From a virus: 64,000 bases of DNA. Position numbers and translations under genes: made by a program. The DNA is taken from positions 19,653 to 83,652 of the IMG/VR virus record IMGVR_UViG_3300021085_000019, one strand, 5' to 3'. Position 1 is the stretch's first letter. Every line of letters begins with the position of its first letter. Below, piece by piece: positions 9,901 to 19,621 of this stretch. Under the pieces are notes generated by a model. The model saw only the letters and a program-made list of their open reading frames with translations. It was not told the origin of the DNA and did not search any database.

Positions 9901-11730
9901 GCAGACGAGCATAGACTTTATGGAATGCATATTGATATAGATTTTAGTGGCGATAGCGATATAGTTTACGGTTCTTTAGTTCAAGCCGAATCTAATACGA
10001 CTGCTGGCCAGGTGACTAGTTTATATGGTGTTTACGGCCAGGCCGTAAACGATACTTCAGGCACTGGTAAAGTACTAAACTCATATGGCGGATATTTTAA
10101 TGCACAGTTTCAGCATAGCTCTACAAATACAACTAGAGATCAAAATATAATAGGTGCTTACGCACGTGCCGCAGTCGTAGCTTCAGCTGATGGCGGTGGA
10201 ATGAATGATGTTACTGGCTTATTTGCTGAAGTTGAAATTGATGATATAGGCCAGGCCGGAGTAATGGATAATATATATGTTGTAAGAGCATATTATGACA
10301 ATGATGATACAGCTAATAATTATCTGGATATGGGATCCACATATCTATTTCATGGAACATACGCTGGCGGAATTCCTGCTAATGCAAATAGTGCTTATGG
10401 TATGTACATTAGCACTAATGTTAATAACTACTTATTGGGCTCTTTAGGAATTGGTATTCAAACAACCGGTCAGAGCTGGCCCTACAAATTAGACGTCCAA
10501 GGAGAAGCTAATAAAGCTGCAACTAGAATAAGAAATAATACTGTTACTAGCTCTGATTGGTGGTCAAATTCACAAGCTGCATTACTTATAGGAAATGTTG
10601 ATACAAGCCAATCAGCTATACTAAAGTTTGATCGTGCATCAAGCAGAATCGTATATGGTTCCAGCAGCACTGATGATAGATTAGTTTTCTCGTCACGTCA
10701 TTCAACTTCAGCTAGTTCTGATCAAGTAGTATTTGACAATAACGGAAACGTAGGTTTAGGAACTACAGCTCCGGGTCAACAGCTTCATATTAAGAAAACT
10801 GTAACTGCTACAACAACTGCAGGTTTGGCTGGTATTAGATTGCAAAATGATGATACAAATACTAATTCTAAAACTGGTATTGTATTTCAAAAAGCTAGGC
10901 CAACATCTGGAACTTCTACTTCATACTTGTATCAAGACTCATATAATGTGACTATGGACTGCGATGAAGCATTCACTGTTAAGACTAACGGTAGTAATTC
11001 ATTACACATAGCCGGAACAGGCCTCATCGGGATTAACAATCCTGGTCCAGATTATAGACTGGATATTGGAAATCAATCGTCTCCATCTACTACTAACACT
11101 ATAAGAATTGGACAGCAGAATAGTGGAACAGCAATTCGTATTGGTGCAGGTGGCGGCTCTTCAGATGTAGTACTACTCAGAGTTGATGGTGATAGTACTG
11201 ATAATAAACATGATGGTACAACAGATGCTGGAGCATATGGATTTTCGCTAAAGTATATGGGCTCTAGATCAGGAAATGAAAATGCACTTGCGATCATGTC
11301 TGATAATGGCGGTAATGTTACTCAGGTAGAAGCATTGACGGTATTACAGGCCGGTGAAGTTGGAATATTTAATGCATCACCTAAAGCTAGATTCCAAGTA
11401 GAAGAATACGGAATTGATACAACAGAAACATCGTCTTCGGCTACTACTGAAATTGCTATACACACTTTCCCAATTGCTGACTTTAGAAGCGCCAGGTTTA
11501 CAGTTCAAGTTACTAATTCAACTGATAATACATATCACACAACTGAGTTATTGGCTTTACATGATGGAACAACTGCAAATATTACGGAGTTTGGAACAGT
11601 ATTTACCGGATCAGCCATTGAAGCTCAGTTTGACGCGGACGTAAATTCTGGAAACTTTAGACTATTAGCAACTCCTTCTTCTACAGATAGCATGGAATTT
11701 AAAGTTGTATGTCATAGTTTGACAGTTTAA
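3922..11730 (+). CDS. Very long tail fibre protein (2602 aa)
   Basis: TTG start after AGGAG; IRLRRS...LNDGELAMN N-terminus; many G(N/K)VGIGT..P...LHV repeats. Confidence 0.8.
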   Translation: MARKTDIRLRRSNTENAIPTHTNLNDGELAMNTYDGALYFKKSDNTIITAHDNTILHLNSNTSRVGIGTTSPAGNLHVKSVGDVGDALLIVEADADNNVEGDNPKIELRQDSGFVTGAMYLEGNAASQATNSLQNGFLLDAKGASSDGGTIQFATGGLAANQSGGPTNSAVRMTILRDGNIAIGQITSSHKLTVAGNTFLSGDNRHVYFGGNNTFIGENSSSSKLELRGGGSSSSETVYVNSNGAVGIGIIAPTEKLHVVGNAIFHSGAAYGDLVVGRGSNQEIKLYVSDANTQIIGYQDSDSDGNHSFDIIREFDGAGENDFTIRKGSGSVQFDINKDGNITFNNAFTFPNADGQADQILKTNGSGTLTWANDSGGGSSVSLSDSDNDTLIQVEESNDEDIIRFDVAGSEVAQMTDDGLILNDGYNFEGDVIGAIKFKAQAGEALTKGDVVYISGISGNTTVVSKADANDAAKMPAFGLAASTVSLNAAVQIVTFGTLQGIDTSSYSEGDELYVNVLAGTLTDSAPTGSSSALQKIAKVTRSDASAGSVKVSGAGRTNATPNLDEGKIFVGNASNKSVQGDDTLHVDMANSRVGINKASPDRSLHIDGTVRIDGGTGVVSTGVLEVMQNGDTANNAIALTSSNAVSTRIWKNGSGTFFIGSSSANNAFQQLVNGNTTINAQEFTIAHANPTLILKDTTDDDDHNILFKDSSDNTIAKISTALPVMDDLNIGTVTAREFNLFTNNTTAMSIDTSQNSVFAGDVSILTGTSAKQASDMLYIGGSGLGSTDAAIYLGNAGDGTGYGWRFFYKGSGDGNENRLIIRSENSGSPVDALSFTQNGQALFGDSIVMGNSEKIYFLSNGDANTGSSYWYRAGGNATRLLYRDNVLVFDAYQDHSAEFRNSNDDIIFKVTPNATATNSATIVSNGNFSIANGALNIGGSELSDNNRNVTTNNLTVGGNLTVNGSVTTLNTATLTVDDLNITIADGAANAAAANGAGITVDGANATITYTSAQDEWNFNKNVVIGGKDTTASFPLMIRSDSAHKGLHIEENAGAESWQMGVSVTGDLHFYNSGSNTASVTFEDSGDVGIGVSAPGQKLDVAGNVRVTNNAAFMGTNVAGSSRSLVHLGNDNILRIKGNDSEGSANVMSMIAGGSVGIGTTAPIAKLDVNGSINVKQATSIALAQDTSSTVAILIPRGLKIASNTTGDYIRNIIEHGGTTGNGPINIGQQGTAIITDINLYPGSSGKMQVFSDGTSTAKVVIDSAGKMSIGNNNPEYNLDIRGDSPVLRIADDNLNNVEDAAAIWFGENDTSESRGAGITYDGANNALHFRTSNNGATLTDPFDSEKRMTILETNGNVGINITDPDEKLEVNGSIKVDYSSTNANMFKQGNAFGGGSITPFNNSGHFVFNVEYTAGDSDYIWRVNDTTELMRLEEQGQLGIGTNNPTERLHVSNITGGETKIRIDSLDNARNNYIGITGHDNLVLSADAGQEGADSSIRFNVDNAEVGRFTHHGRFGVGGIIPATTLEISDSAPKLRITDTRNISWTVGDTMASIEFDSDDSSGGAGTSAEPRAAITMYAASTFGSSTGLAFYTKSDTTDYPTRQMVITNDGKVAIGTLTANAKLHVSDASAPTFRLSRTGTGQIWQQSIDSSGRFLLQEGASEGGTKYTRFAIDDDGNVGIGTGDPGRKLHVEGDNNTAITVVSPNTNYAQLALGDTDDDNYAQLILDNATNKLQLQNGGGGVVGERGITLDSSEKVGIGTSSPREELEVNGTIFATPASYASNQNTYVLKVGATNNTAWDGMGFKLKSLSGGSPYLSVMGSPSVETMVWKSQHVGMGIADPSVSGSRTTLHIDNVSNGSAIRLSQNDSGALFRYDTTAGLKIGTISTENLTLETDDVARLVIAADTGNVLIGTNTVQPEKLYVNGATRIVGQGNTQPAFEVFTSQDNDATDDYNAMVIDYNVTGSQTIVSDDTLHKALFIDVDSTATGGTTADEHRLYGMHIDIDFSGDSDIVYGSLVQAESNTTAGQVTSLYGVYGQAVNDTSGTGKVLNSYGGYFNAQFQHSSTNTTRDQNIIGAYARAAVVASADGGGMNDVTGLFAEVEIDDIGQAGVMDNIYVVRAYYDNDDTANNYLDMGSTYLFHGTYAGGIPANANSAYGMYISTNVNNYLLGSLGIGIQTTGQSWPYKLDVQGEANKAATRIRNNTVTSSDWWSNSQAALLIGNVDTSQSAILKFDRASSRIVYGSSSTDDRLVFSSRHSTSASSDQVVFDNNGNVGLGTTAPGQQLHIKKTVTATTTAGLAGIRLQNDDTNTNSKTGIVFQKARPTSGTSTSYLYQDSYNVTMDCDEAFTVKTNGSNSLHIAGTGLIGINNPGPDYRLDIGNQSSPSTTNTIRIGQQNSGTAIRIGAGGGSSDVVLLRVDGDSTDNKHDGTTDAGAYGFSLKYMGSRSGNENALAIMSDNGGNVTQVEALTVLQAGEVGIFNASPKARFQVEEYGIDTTETSSSATTEIAIHTFPIADFRSARFTVQVTNSTDNTYHTTELLALHDGTTANITEFGTVFTGSAIEAQFDADVNSGNFRLLATPSSTDSMEFKVVCHSLTV

Positions 11731-11734
11731 TATG

Positions 11735-11742
11735 TATAAATA
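11735..11742 (+). promoter_or_regulatory. T4-type late promoter
   Basis: Intergenic TATAAATA. Confidence 0.8.
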
Positions 11743-11781
11743 GTATTATAATTTAACCGTGGACAGTGAAACGGAGTACAC

Positions 11782-14700
11782 ATGGCAACAGATCATAACT
11801 TTAAGGTCAAAAACGGCCTTGCCGTAGAAGGCGCAGATTTAAAAATAACCGGGGACGGAAACGATACTCGAATAGAATCAGGTGGAGAAATCAGATTTCG
11901 ACCTGAAGGTTCTTCATCGAATAAAGTCAGAATTACGTTAAACGAACTTGAAGTCTCAGGTTCCATTGACGCATCTGCAGATCTAAAAACAAATAACACA
12001 ACTCGTATTAATTCTTCCGGAGGCTTTACTCTAGGCAGTGGATCCATGACTGGTCCGGTTACAATTTCACCTCCAAGTGGACAAAATACCGTATTAAATC
12101 TAAACGGAGCATTAGATACGTTCTTAGAAAAGGACACTGGTAGCCACTTTTATATTGCTAATAATGTTGAAGATAAAGACATAAAATTTAGAATTAATAA
12201 CGGTGGAACTCAAAAAATTCCATTAACAATACACGGACAATCTGGCACAGTAGATTTAACTGGCGATTTAGATGTGTCTGGAGATCTCGCAGTTTCCGGC
12301 GATTTAAATATTACAGGTGATATCAATTCAGTTAGCACTACTGATTTGGATATTACAGATAAGACTATTACATTATCAAAGGGATCAACTAGTTCTTCAA
12401 CCTCTGATGGCGCAGGTATTATTATTGAAGGTCCGTCACCTGCACCTGAACTAAAATACCAACATTCGAATGCCAGATGGACGTTAAATAAAGAAGTATT
12501 TACTCCGTCAGGATTTATGATTGGTACAACATCTACTGATGTTGGATTGATGAGAAATAGTTCAGGCGTATTTGATTTCCAAGCTCAATCAGGTCGTGAA
12601 ATTTCATTTAGTAATGCTACTAATGGTGAACATGTAAGAATTGATGCTGACGGCAAAGTTGGTATCGGAACAGATAACCCAGGTGTTAATTTACAAATTA
12701 ATGATAGTACTACTACTCAAACTAATTCCGAATTTAGAATTTACGGATATGATACGGGAACTAGTGATGCAAAATATGGTAGAATTTTTATTGATAGTGG
12801 CGGTAATTTAAATGTTGCGGCTCAGGATAGTTATTTAATATTGACCTCAGGAAATTATATCCAAGCAAATGATACGCTCTACGCATTAGAATCTATATTA
12901 ATGCGCAACAACAAAAAGATTCAGATGGCTGGTAGTGATGGTGGCTTTAATGGAGTAATGAATGTTAGCACAAGTGACGTCGTTCAAGTTGGAGGTGTTA
13001 GTGGTTGGGGTGGTACAATTGGCCAGCTAGCTCTTTATAGTAATGATGGCGAAGCTGTTCGTATAGATGAAAATCAATGGGTCGGAATAGGAACTAATGA
13101 TCCATCTAGAAAGCTTCATGTTTATCAGAACAATGGAACTAATGTAGTTGCAGCATTTGAGTCAAACGACGCGCAAGTGTGGATTGATTTACGTGACTCT
13201 AATAGCACTAGTTATGGCGGAAGTGCTTATGGATGTTTACTGGGTCATGATCCTGTTAACGATCATTTGTTTATAGTTGCTGACGGCAACGTAACTAAAC
13301 ATTTTGTAGTAGATAATACAGGAAATGTTGGTATAGGAACTAGCGACCCTAAAACAGATTTGCACGTATTAGGAGCTTCGGGAAATGCTCAAGCTACAAC
13401 TGTCCGATTAGGCGGCGATGGCGCAAATGGAAATCATACTCCTAAGCTAGAATTTACAGAAGGTACAACCGGCACAAGCATGAATTTTGGATTTTCGCTT
13501 TTAGCCGATGGCAATAGCAGTAATAATTTCCTTATAAGGAATCATAATAGTAGCACTGGCGGAGCTGTTGCAATTTGTGTTGACCGTGCAACAGGATTTG
13601 TTGGAATAGGAAATAATTCGGGATCACCTAAGTCCAGGCTTGATATTAACTCAAGTGGAGATAATTTTGTATATTTAAATTATACAAGAAGTACTGGTGG
13701 AACAAATGAAAAGTATTGGAGATCTGGAATTGAAACAAATCACAGGTTTGCAATTGGTAAAGTTAACGACGCATATAATAGCTTATCCGAGTATCTAACA
13801 ATACTTAGTGGTGGTAATGTTGGTATTGGCATTAATAATCCATCTGAAAAATTAGAAGTCAATGGAAATATAAAGGCTGATACATTAAAAATCGATAATA
13901 TAGTATTTGAAGATGAAGATGGATCTCCTACTGATAGTATTACCGCATCTACGGAATGGGATGGAACAAATTCAACACTTTCATTCGAAGGTTCGGCTGG
14001 ACAATTATTTGCCATTAGTAATAACTTAACTGGAACTATATTCTCTGTAAATGACATTTCAGGTATTCCAAGTATTGAAGTTGAAGATGACGGAGAAATT
14101 CGTTTTGCTGAGTTTGGTGGATATGTAAAAATCGGACATGACTCATCAGTTCCCGGCCAAGAAGCGCCTCTCATCGTAACTAAAACACAGGGAACTTTAC
14201 CACCGGCTCCAGACACTCCAAGTAAAAACGTTGCAGTGTTTCAAAATAATTCAACTGCCGGAGAATATTCAATTATTTCGATTATTGGTGGTAATACCGG
14301 TAGATCATCTATTCATTTAGGTGATACTGATGACGATAATGCTGGAGCTATATACTATACACATAACGATAACAAATTACATTTTAGAACTAATAGTTCC
14401 GGTGATGATGTTCAAATAGAAAGTGATGGCACGTTAAATATTTCAACCGGTGATTTACGTTTAGGCGTTGGTAAAAAGTTTTATATGGGCGGTAGTAATC
14501 ATACATATATCAGCGAAGACATCGATGACAGATTACGATTCTTCACTGGTGGCCAAGAGTTTATGAGATTCACTGAGGCTGGAACAGACACAGTAAACTT
14601 CTACACGCCAGTTTCTTCATCAGGTACTATTACCGCTCCGGCTCTAAACGGTACGGATAGTACAAATAATGTCGGGTTTAATATTGCAACAGACAGCACT

Positions 14701-17700
14701 AGTAACGGTAGAGCATTTATAATTTTAGATAGTGATTCAACCGATGGCGTTGGAGTTGGAAGTGATTATACGTATATTGGTTCAGATTATGCTTCCTTTA
14801 GAGGCTGGGTAAGTGCCGGACAAAATGGTGCTTCAGGCGGCGTAAGGGTTTCTGACGGAAGTGGCACAGCTCCTACATTGTCATTTGCTGATAGAACTGA
14901 CACTGGTTTATGGGCTCAAGATTATAGTACCGGCGAAGACAGAGTAATGATAAGTACTGGAGGTTCTATTAGAGCTGAGGTTCAAAGTGCGGGTGTTTAT
15001 TCATATGCAAATGTATATGCTGTTAATGAGTTTAGAAATATTACTAATACCTGGAAAGCAACTACGTCTCAAGTTTCCCAAGATTTTCAGTTTATAGGTA
15101 ACACAAGCAATACTCCTGTGACAATAATGCATTTAGATACCGGCAACGCAAACGTTGGTATTGGCACGACTAGTACAGATTCTACGTATAAACTTCAAAT
15201 TGCTGGAGCTCAGCGTACTACAGTTACTGGTTCTAACACGGTGGCCGGTTGGTTTGAAAATACAGACGATCATGATTATAATATTAGAATTGTACCAAAG
15301 CTTTCATCGGGAGGTTATAATCCAATAACTTCTACTGGAGACTCTGGAATAATTTTCTCAACCGATAACGACCATACTAATGCTGTTGATAATAATGGAT
15401 TAATTATTGCGCCACATAGTGATGAAAAAGGTGGGTTGTATATTGCGGAAAGCGGTAACGTTGGTATTAATGTAAGAAATACTGGGTCTCAGGCTTTATG
15501 GGTAGAAATTCCAACTGCGCAGCAAAGTGATACAAATCTAGTAGCATATTTTAAATCTCACAATAATAAAGCGTGTATTCAAATTACAGATAATGATACA
15601 ACTGCAGTTGTATCAGCTGAAGGCACTAGGATGTCTTTAGGTGGTCAACAAGGTGTTCATGCAAATAACGTAAATATTAACACTTCAAATGCAAATACAG
15701 GAATAGGTATTATTACTGGTAGTGATGGTGATTTAAGCTTAAATGTGCCGCGGCTTCATGTAAAAGCTGATACTCAGCAGGGTGTTAATGCGTTAGTCGC
15801 TAGATTTGAAGCTGGTAATGATAATGATAATACCGGCGCAGCAATTCTCATCAACCATTCAAATGATAGAGGATTGTTAATTGAAGGCGGTAGATCTAAC
15901 TCGGATAGAGCAATAGCACATTTGGGTCTTGTCACTTCAGGTGGTGATCACAATCGCGTTTTGACAATTAGACAAGACGGAAGTAATTACTGGGCAGGTA
16001 TTGGCACAGAAGTTCCTGAAGCGCTTTTACACGTAAAGGCTGCTAGTGGAACTACAGCAACTATAAGAATCGAAGGCGGCAGCAACACTGTTTCTGCAAG
16101 CGGCGAAATAAATTCTCAACTTGACTTTGGTTCAAATGATGGTTCTGTAAACAGCGCTGGCCAAGTTGGAGGTAGAATAGCAAGTGTTACCGAAAATACA
16201 AACGGCGCTTACACTGGAATGGCGTTTTATACCTTCACACAAAGCGGGTCTCCTGATTTAGCTGAGAAAATGCGAATCAGGTACGATGGTAGTGTTGGAA
16301 TTGGAGAGGCCTCTCCAACAACTGGAAAGCTTGTAGTAAATGGTAATACTAATCAGTATACACTTAGACTAAATGGTGGAACTTCATCCGGAACTAGCTA
16401 TGGTGCTAGGATACGTGCCGGAACTAATACTTCTGATTATGGATTAATAGTTGAAAATACAAGCGCGGGCCCGCAGTTTGCTGTTAGAGGTGATGGCCAT
16501 GTAGGTATTGGAACTAATGACCCTATCGATCAATTTCATTTAAAAAGTTCCAGTGGTGATGCAAGGATGGTTCTTGAATCTCCAGTAGATTCCGATTGTG
16601 AAATTAAACTTTCAGAGAATGGAACGGTAAAATTCACTGTTGGATTTAATGCAGCAGATGATACATTTAGAATAGGAACTACTAACGTAGACACAAACCC
16701 AAGGATGGCTATCACTTCGGCCGGTAAAGTTGGATTTGGTAGAGAAAATCCGCATAATAAATTTCATGTAATTGGCGATGGACGTTTTGAAGGAAACCTA
16801 ATGACGGGAAGTGCCTCGTATACTAACGTTCCCGCTAAGGCAATTCATATTAAAGATAGTGGCGATAACGCATGTCTAAGAATAGAAGACTCTACTGGCA
16901 GTAATAAAGTTTATGATTTTAGAGTAAATACTGGAGCTGGTTTAAAAATTATTGACCAAGGGACAGTAGGAACGGGGAATAACGTAAGATTTAGAATTGA
17001 AGACGATGGTAAGGTTGGTATTGGCAACTTCCCAACAACTAATAACAATTCTAATAATCATGATTCAATTGCTCCTGCGGCAAGGCTTCACGTATATGAT
17101 ACTGGTGGCGGTGGAACAGAAAAGCCATTAATGATATTAGAAAATTATATCGGCGATCATGGTACTACACCTTCTAAAGTAAGTATTGATATAAGAAACC
17201 AAGACAGTAATAATAATCCTAACAGAGTATCATTAAAAAATGTCACCGTCAATTCTACGACTTATGGAGTAAACGATGAAGCTGCTGCTCACTTTGTTAT
17301 TGGACTAAGTAAAGGTGGAAATGTTATAGAAAGAGCAATGTTCCATGCTGACGGTCATATGTCTATTGGTACTTCAATGTTTAATCCGTATACTCACGTG
17401 AACACCGGATCTTACTTTAAACCAAAAACAAATGTAACTAGTAATAGAACTTTATCAATCGGGGGTGGTGATGCAGGCGCTGATATTAGTTTAGTTTCTA
17501 GTACTACATCTGATGATGGACACGTTGGTGGATTATTTTTTACTTCTACTGCTGGTGCAACTGATGCGCATAAACAATTAGCCGGTATAGATTGTGTATA
17601 TGATAAACATGCAACTAGTGACGCGGTAAGTGGTGGTCATTTAAGATTCTTTACTAAACCTACTGGATCTGGTATTAATAGTCCAAGAATGTGGATACAC

Positions 17701-18360
17701 CAAAATGGTAATATCTACATGAAAAATCAGAGTGGTTCAGATGTGGTAGCATTTGATGCACAAAACTCTAGATTTAACTGTGATTGGTTTGGTGGTTATC
17801 AATATGCAGCCAATTCGTTCCTAGATTTTGATAATGACTCACCTGGTAGTAGTGGATCTAATGGTGTTCATTTGGCGTCAGTTGCTGGTATGGACTTTAC
17901 TATTGACTCAAATAACAATGGGACAGCTGATGAATTTACCTGGCGCGTCAACTCGCCTACAGCGTCAACCGGCACTGAGTTGATGAGCTTAGACAGCGAC
18001 GGTGATTTAACAGTTACTGGAGCTCTTGCCGCAACAACAAAATCATTTGATATTGAGCATCCAACAAAAGAGGGTAAGAGATTACATCATGGTGTTCTTG
18101 AAGGACCCGAGCATGCAGTATATATTAGAGGAAAAACAAAAGAATCAATCATTCAATTGCCTGAATATTGGAATGGGCTAGTTCATGAAGATACTATAAC
18201 TGTTCAGCTTACAGCAATTGGCCGGTCAGAATATCTTTATGTCGACGGCATTAAAGATAACACTGTAAGTATTTCTAATGACACTGAATATTTTTACTTT
18301 ATACAAGCCGAGCGTAAAGATGTCGAAAGGTTTGAGGTAGAATATGACGACGTCGACTAA
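11782..18360 (+). CDS. Long tail fibre protein (2192 aa)
   Basis: NFKVKNGL N-terminus; VGIGT repeats; C-terminal KSFDIEHP...LEGPE..VYIRG...AERKD domain. Confidence 0.8.
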   Translation: MATDHNFKVKNGLAVEGADLKITGDGNDTRIESGGEIRFRPEGSSSNKVRITLNELEVSGSIDASADLKTNNTTRINSSGGFTLGSGSMTGPVTISPPSGQNTVLNLNGALDTFLEKDTGSHFYIANNVEDKDIKFRINNGGTQKIPLTIHGQSGTVDLTGDLDVSGDLAVSGDLNITGDINSVSTTDLDITDKTITLSKGSTSSSTSDGAGIIIEGPSPAPELKYQHSNARWTLNKEVFTPSGFMIGTTSTDVGLMRNSSGVFDFQAQSGREISFSNATNGEHVRIDADGKVGIGTDNPGVNLQINDSTTTQTNSEFRIYGYDTGTSDAKYGRIFIDSGGNLNVAAQDSYLILTSGNYIQANDTLYALESILMRNNKKIQMAGSDGGFNGVMNVSTSDVVQVGGVSGWGGTIGQLALYSNDGEAVRIDENQWVGIGTNDPSRKLHVYQNNGTNVVAAFESNDAQVWIDLRDSNSTSYGGSAYGCLLGHDPVNDHLFIVADGNVTKHFVVDNTGNVGIGTSDPKTDLHVLGASGNAQATTVRLGGDGANGNHTPKLEFTEGTTGTSMNFGFSLLADGNSSNNFLIRNHNSSTGGAVAICVDRATGFVGIGNNSGSPKSRLDINSSGDNFVYLNYTRSTGGTNEKYWRSGIETNHRFAIGKVNDAYNSLSEYLTILSGGNVGIGINNPSEKLEVNGNIKADTLKIDNIVFEDEDGSPTDSITASTEWDGTNSTLSFEGSAGQLFAISNNLTGTIFSVNDISGIPSIEVEDDGEIRFAEFGGYVKIGHDSSVPGQEAPLIVTKTQGTLPPAPDTPSKNVAVFQNNSTAGEYSIISIIGGNTGRSSIHLGDTDDDNAGAIYYTHNDNKLHFRTNSSGDDVQIESDGTLNISTGDLRLGVGKKFYMGGSNHTYISEDIDDRLRFFTGGQEFMRFTEAGTDTVNFYTPVSSSGTITAPALNGTDSTNNVGFNIATDSTSNGRAFIILDSDSTDGVGVGSDYTYIGSDYASFRGWVSAGQNGASGGVRVSDGSGTAPTLSFADRTDTGLWAQDYSTGEDRVMISTGGSIRAEVQSAGVYSYANVYAVNEFRNITNTWKATTSQVSQDFQFIGNTSNTPVTIMHLDTGNANVGIGTTSTDSTYKLQIAGAQRTTVTGSNTVAGWFENTDDHDYNIRIVPKLSSGGYNPITSTGDSGIIFSTDNDHTNAVDNNGLIIAPHSDEKGGLYIAESGNVGINVRNTGSQALWVEIPTAQQSDTNLVAYFKSHNNKACIQITDNDTTAVVSAEGTRMSLGGQQGVHANNVNINTSNANTGIGIITGSDGDLSLNVPRLHVKADTQQGVNALVARFEAGNDNDNTGAAILINHSNDRGLLIEGGRSNSDRAIAHLGLVTSGGDHNRVLTIRQDGSNYWAGIGTEVPEALLHVKAASGTTATIRIEGGSNTVSASGEINSQLDFGSNDGSVNSAGQVGGRIASVTENTNGAYTGMAFYTFTQSGSPDLAEKMRIRYDGSVGIGEASPTTGKLVVNGNTNQYTLRLNGGTSSGTSYGARIRAGTNTSDYGLIVENTSAGPQFAVRGDGHVGIGTNDPIDQFHLKSSSGDARMVLESPVDSDCEIKLSENGTVKFTVGFNAADDTFRIGTTNVDTNPRMAITSAGKVGFGRENPHNKFHVIGDGRFEGNLMTGSASYTNVPAKAIHIKDSGDNACLRIEDSTGSNKVYDFRVNTGAGLKIIDQGTVGTGNNVRFRIEDDGKVGIGNFPTTNNNSNNHDSIAPAARLHVYDTGGGGTEKPLMILENYIGDHGTTPSKVSIDIRNQDSNNNPNRVSLKNVTVNSTTYGVNDEAAAHFVIGLSKGGNVIERAMFHADGHMSIGTSMFNPYTHVNTGSYFKPKTNVTSNRTLSIGGGDAGADISLVSSTTSDDGHVGGLFFTSTAGATDAHKQLAGIDCVYDKHATSDAVSGGHLRFFTKPTGSGINSPRMWIHQNGNIYMKNQSGSDVVAFDAQNSRFNCDWFGGYQYAANSFLDFDNDSPGSSGSNGVHLASVAGMDFTIDSNNNGTADEFTWRVNSPTASTGTELMSLDSDGDLTVTGALAATTKSFDIEHPTKEGKRLHHGVLEGPEHAVYIRGKTKESIIQLPEYWNGLVHEDTITVQLTAIGRSEYLYVDGIKDNTVSISNDTEYFYFIQAERKDVERFEVEYDDVD

Positions 18361-19621
18361 TCAAAAAATAGTTACCAGGGGATTAAAATACGCCTGGGAT
18401 ATGAATAATAAAAAGTCGTGGAAAGGTAAACCGACTACTAACTTATTAAGTAATCCTGATTTTAGTAATGGAACTACTGGCTGGACTCTAACTTCAAGGT
18501 CGTCATCGACACACAACGATACTATGGAAATTAGATACGAGCCTAATGGTACACCGTATCTTAACATGCATTTGGAAAGAACTTCCGGCAGCGGGAATAG
18601 TTGGTCTCACTTAAGACAAGGCTCTGTATTCTCCTCGACTGGAAATTATGCAACTTCAGGACAATTTAGAGTTAATGCGTATTCGGTATCTAGTGGGAGC
18701 ACATTGTCACAGTTTAGAGGGTCCGCCTTTTATAATGATTGGTGGTCAGCAAATAGACCTATTAGAAATATATCTGCAAGTGATATAGGTCAGGGATGGT
18801 TGGATTTAGAATTAAATAGAGATTACGTGTCCTCATATACTGATAGTAACGGAACAGTTTATAATTTAGATGGGTGTTTTGAATTTTATACTGGAAGTAT
18901 GCCAGCCGTTGGAGATCTTATTGATATCGATATAAGATTAATTCAAATAGAGTCAGGCACTTTTGCCACGCCTTTTGTGAATGGCACTAGAACGAATACG
19001 AACTCATTACGCGATATGACTTCTAGTAATACTCTTACACTAAGCGCGCTTACATATAATTCTGACGGGACTTTTGAGTTTGATCAAAGCGCTTCAAATA
19101 GAATTACATCTGATAAACTTATGAGAACTCTTATGGATAGTGTAGACACTTATACGTATTCATGTGTTATAAAAAGAACAGCGTCTATGCCTGACGGTCA
19201 CGGGATTGCTTTAGGACTTCAAGGATATAACTGTGGTATTCTTTTAAAGAACGATGGTATTATTGCAAGTAATTGGTATAATAATGGGTCGGGGTATTCT
19301 GTTAAACAAAGCGGAACTGCAACTTTAGCAAATAACACTTGGGCCCATGCGACTATGACTTGGAATTGTAGAGAAAACATGAAGCTGTATATTAATGGCG
19401 AACTAACACATACTGTATCGGTTTCTGCTCAAACTGGTAGTAGCAATAATGAATGGTATGGAGTAACGTCTGCACACAGTAATCCAATAATGGCTGGCGG
19501 TGGTTCGAGTCATTGGGAAACAAATTCTGTAATAAAAGAAGCTCAGGTGTATGATAGAGAGTTAAGTGCAGAAGAAGTAAAACAAAATTTTATTGCGGTG
19601 AGAGGTAAATACGGTCTATGA
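18344..19621 (+). CDS. LamG/concanavalin-A-like virion protein
   Basis: KIVTRGL start; NNTWAHATMTW...LYING...QVYDRELSAEEVKQNF end. Confidence 0.75.
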   Translation: MTTSTNQKIVTRGLKYAWDMNNKKSWKGKPTTNLLSNPDFSNGTTGWTLTSRSSSTHNDTMEIRYEPNGTPYLNMHLERTSGSGNSWSHLRQGSVFSSTGNYATSGQFRVNAYSVSSGSTLSQFRGSAFYNDWWSANRPIRNISASDIGQGWLDLELNRDYVSSYTDSNGTVYNLDGCFEFYTGSMPAVGDLIDIDIRLIQIESGTFATPFVNGTRTNTNSLRDMTSSNTLTLSALTYNSDGTFEFDQSASNRITSDKLMRTLMDSVDTYTYSCVIKRTASMPDGHGIALGLQGYNCGILLKNDGIIASNWYNNGSGYSVKQSGTATLANNTWAHATMTWNCRENMKLYINGELTHTVSVSAQTGSSNNEWYGVTSAHSNPIMAGGGSSHWETNSVIKEAQVYDRELSAEEVKQNFIAVRGKYGL

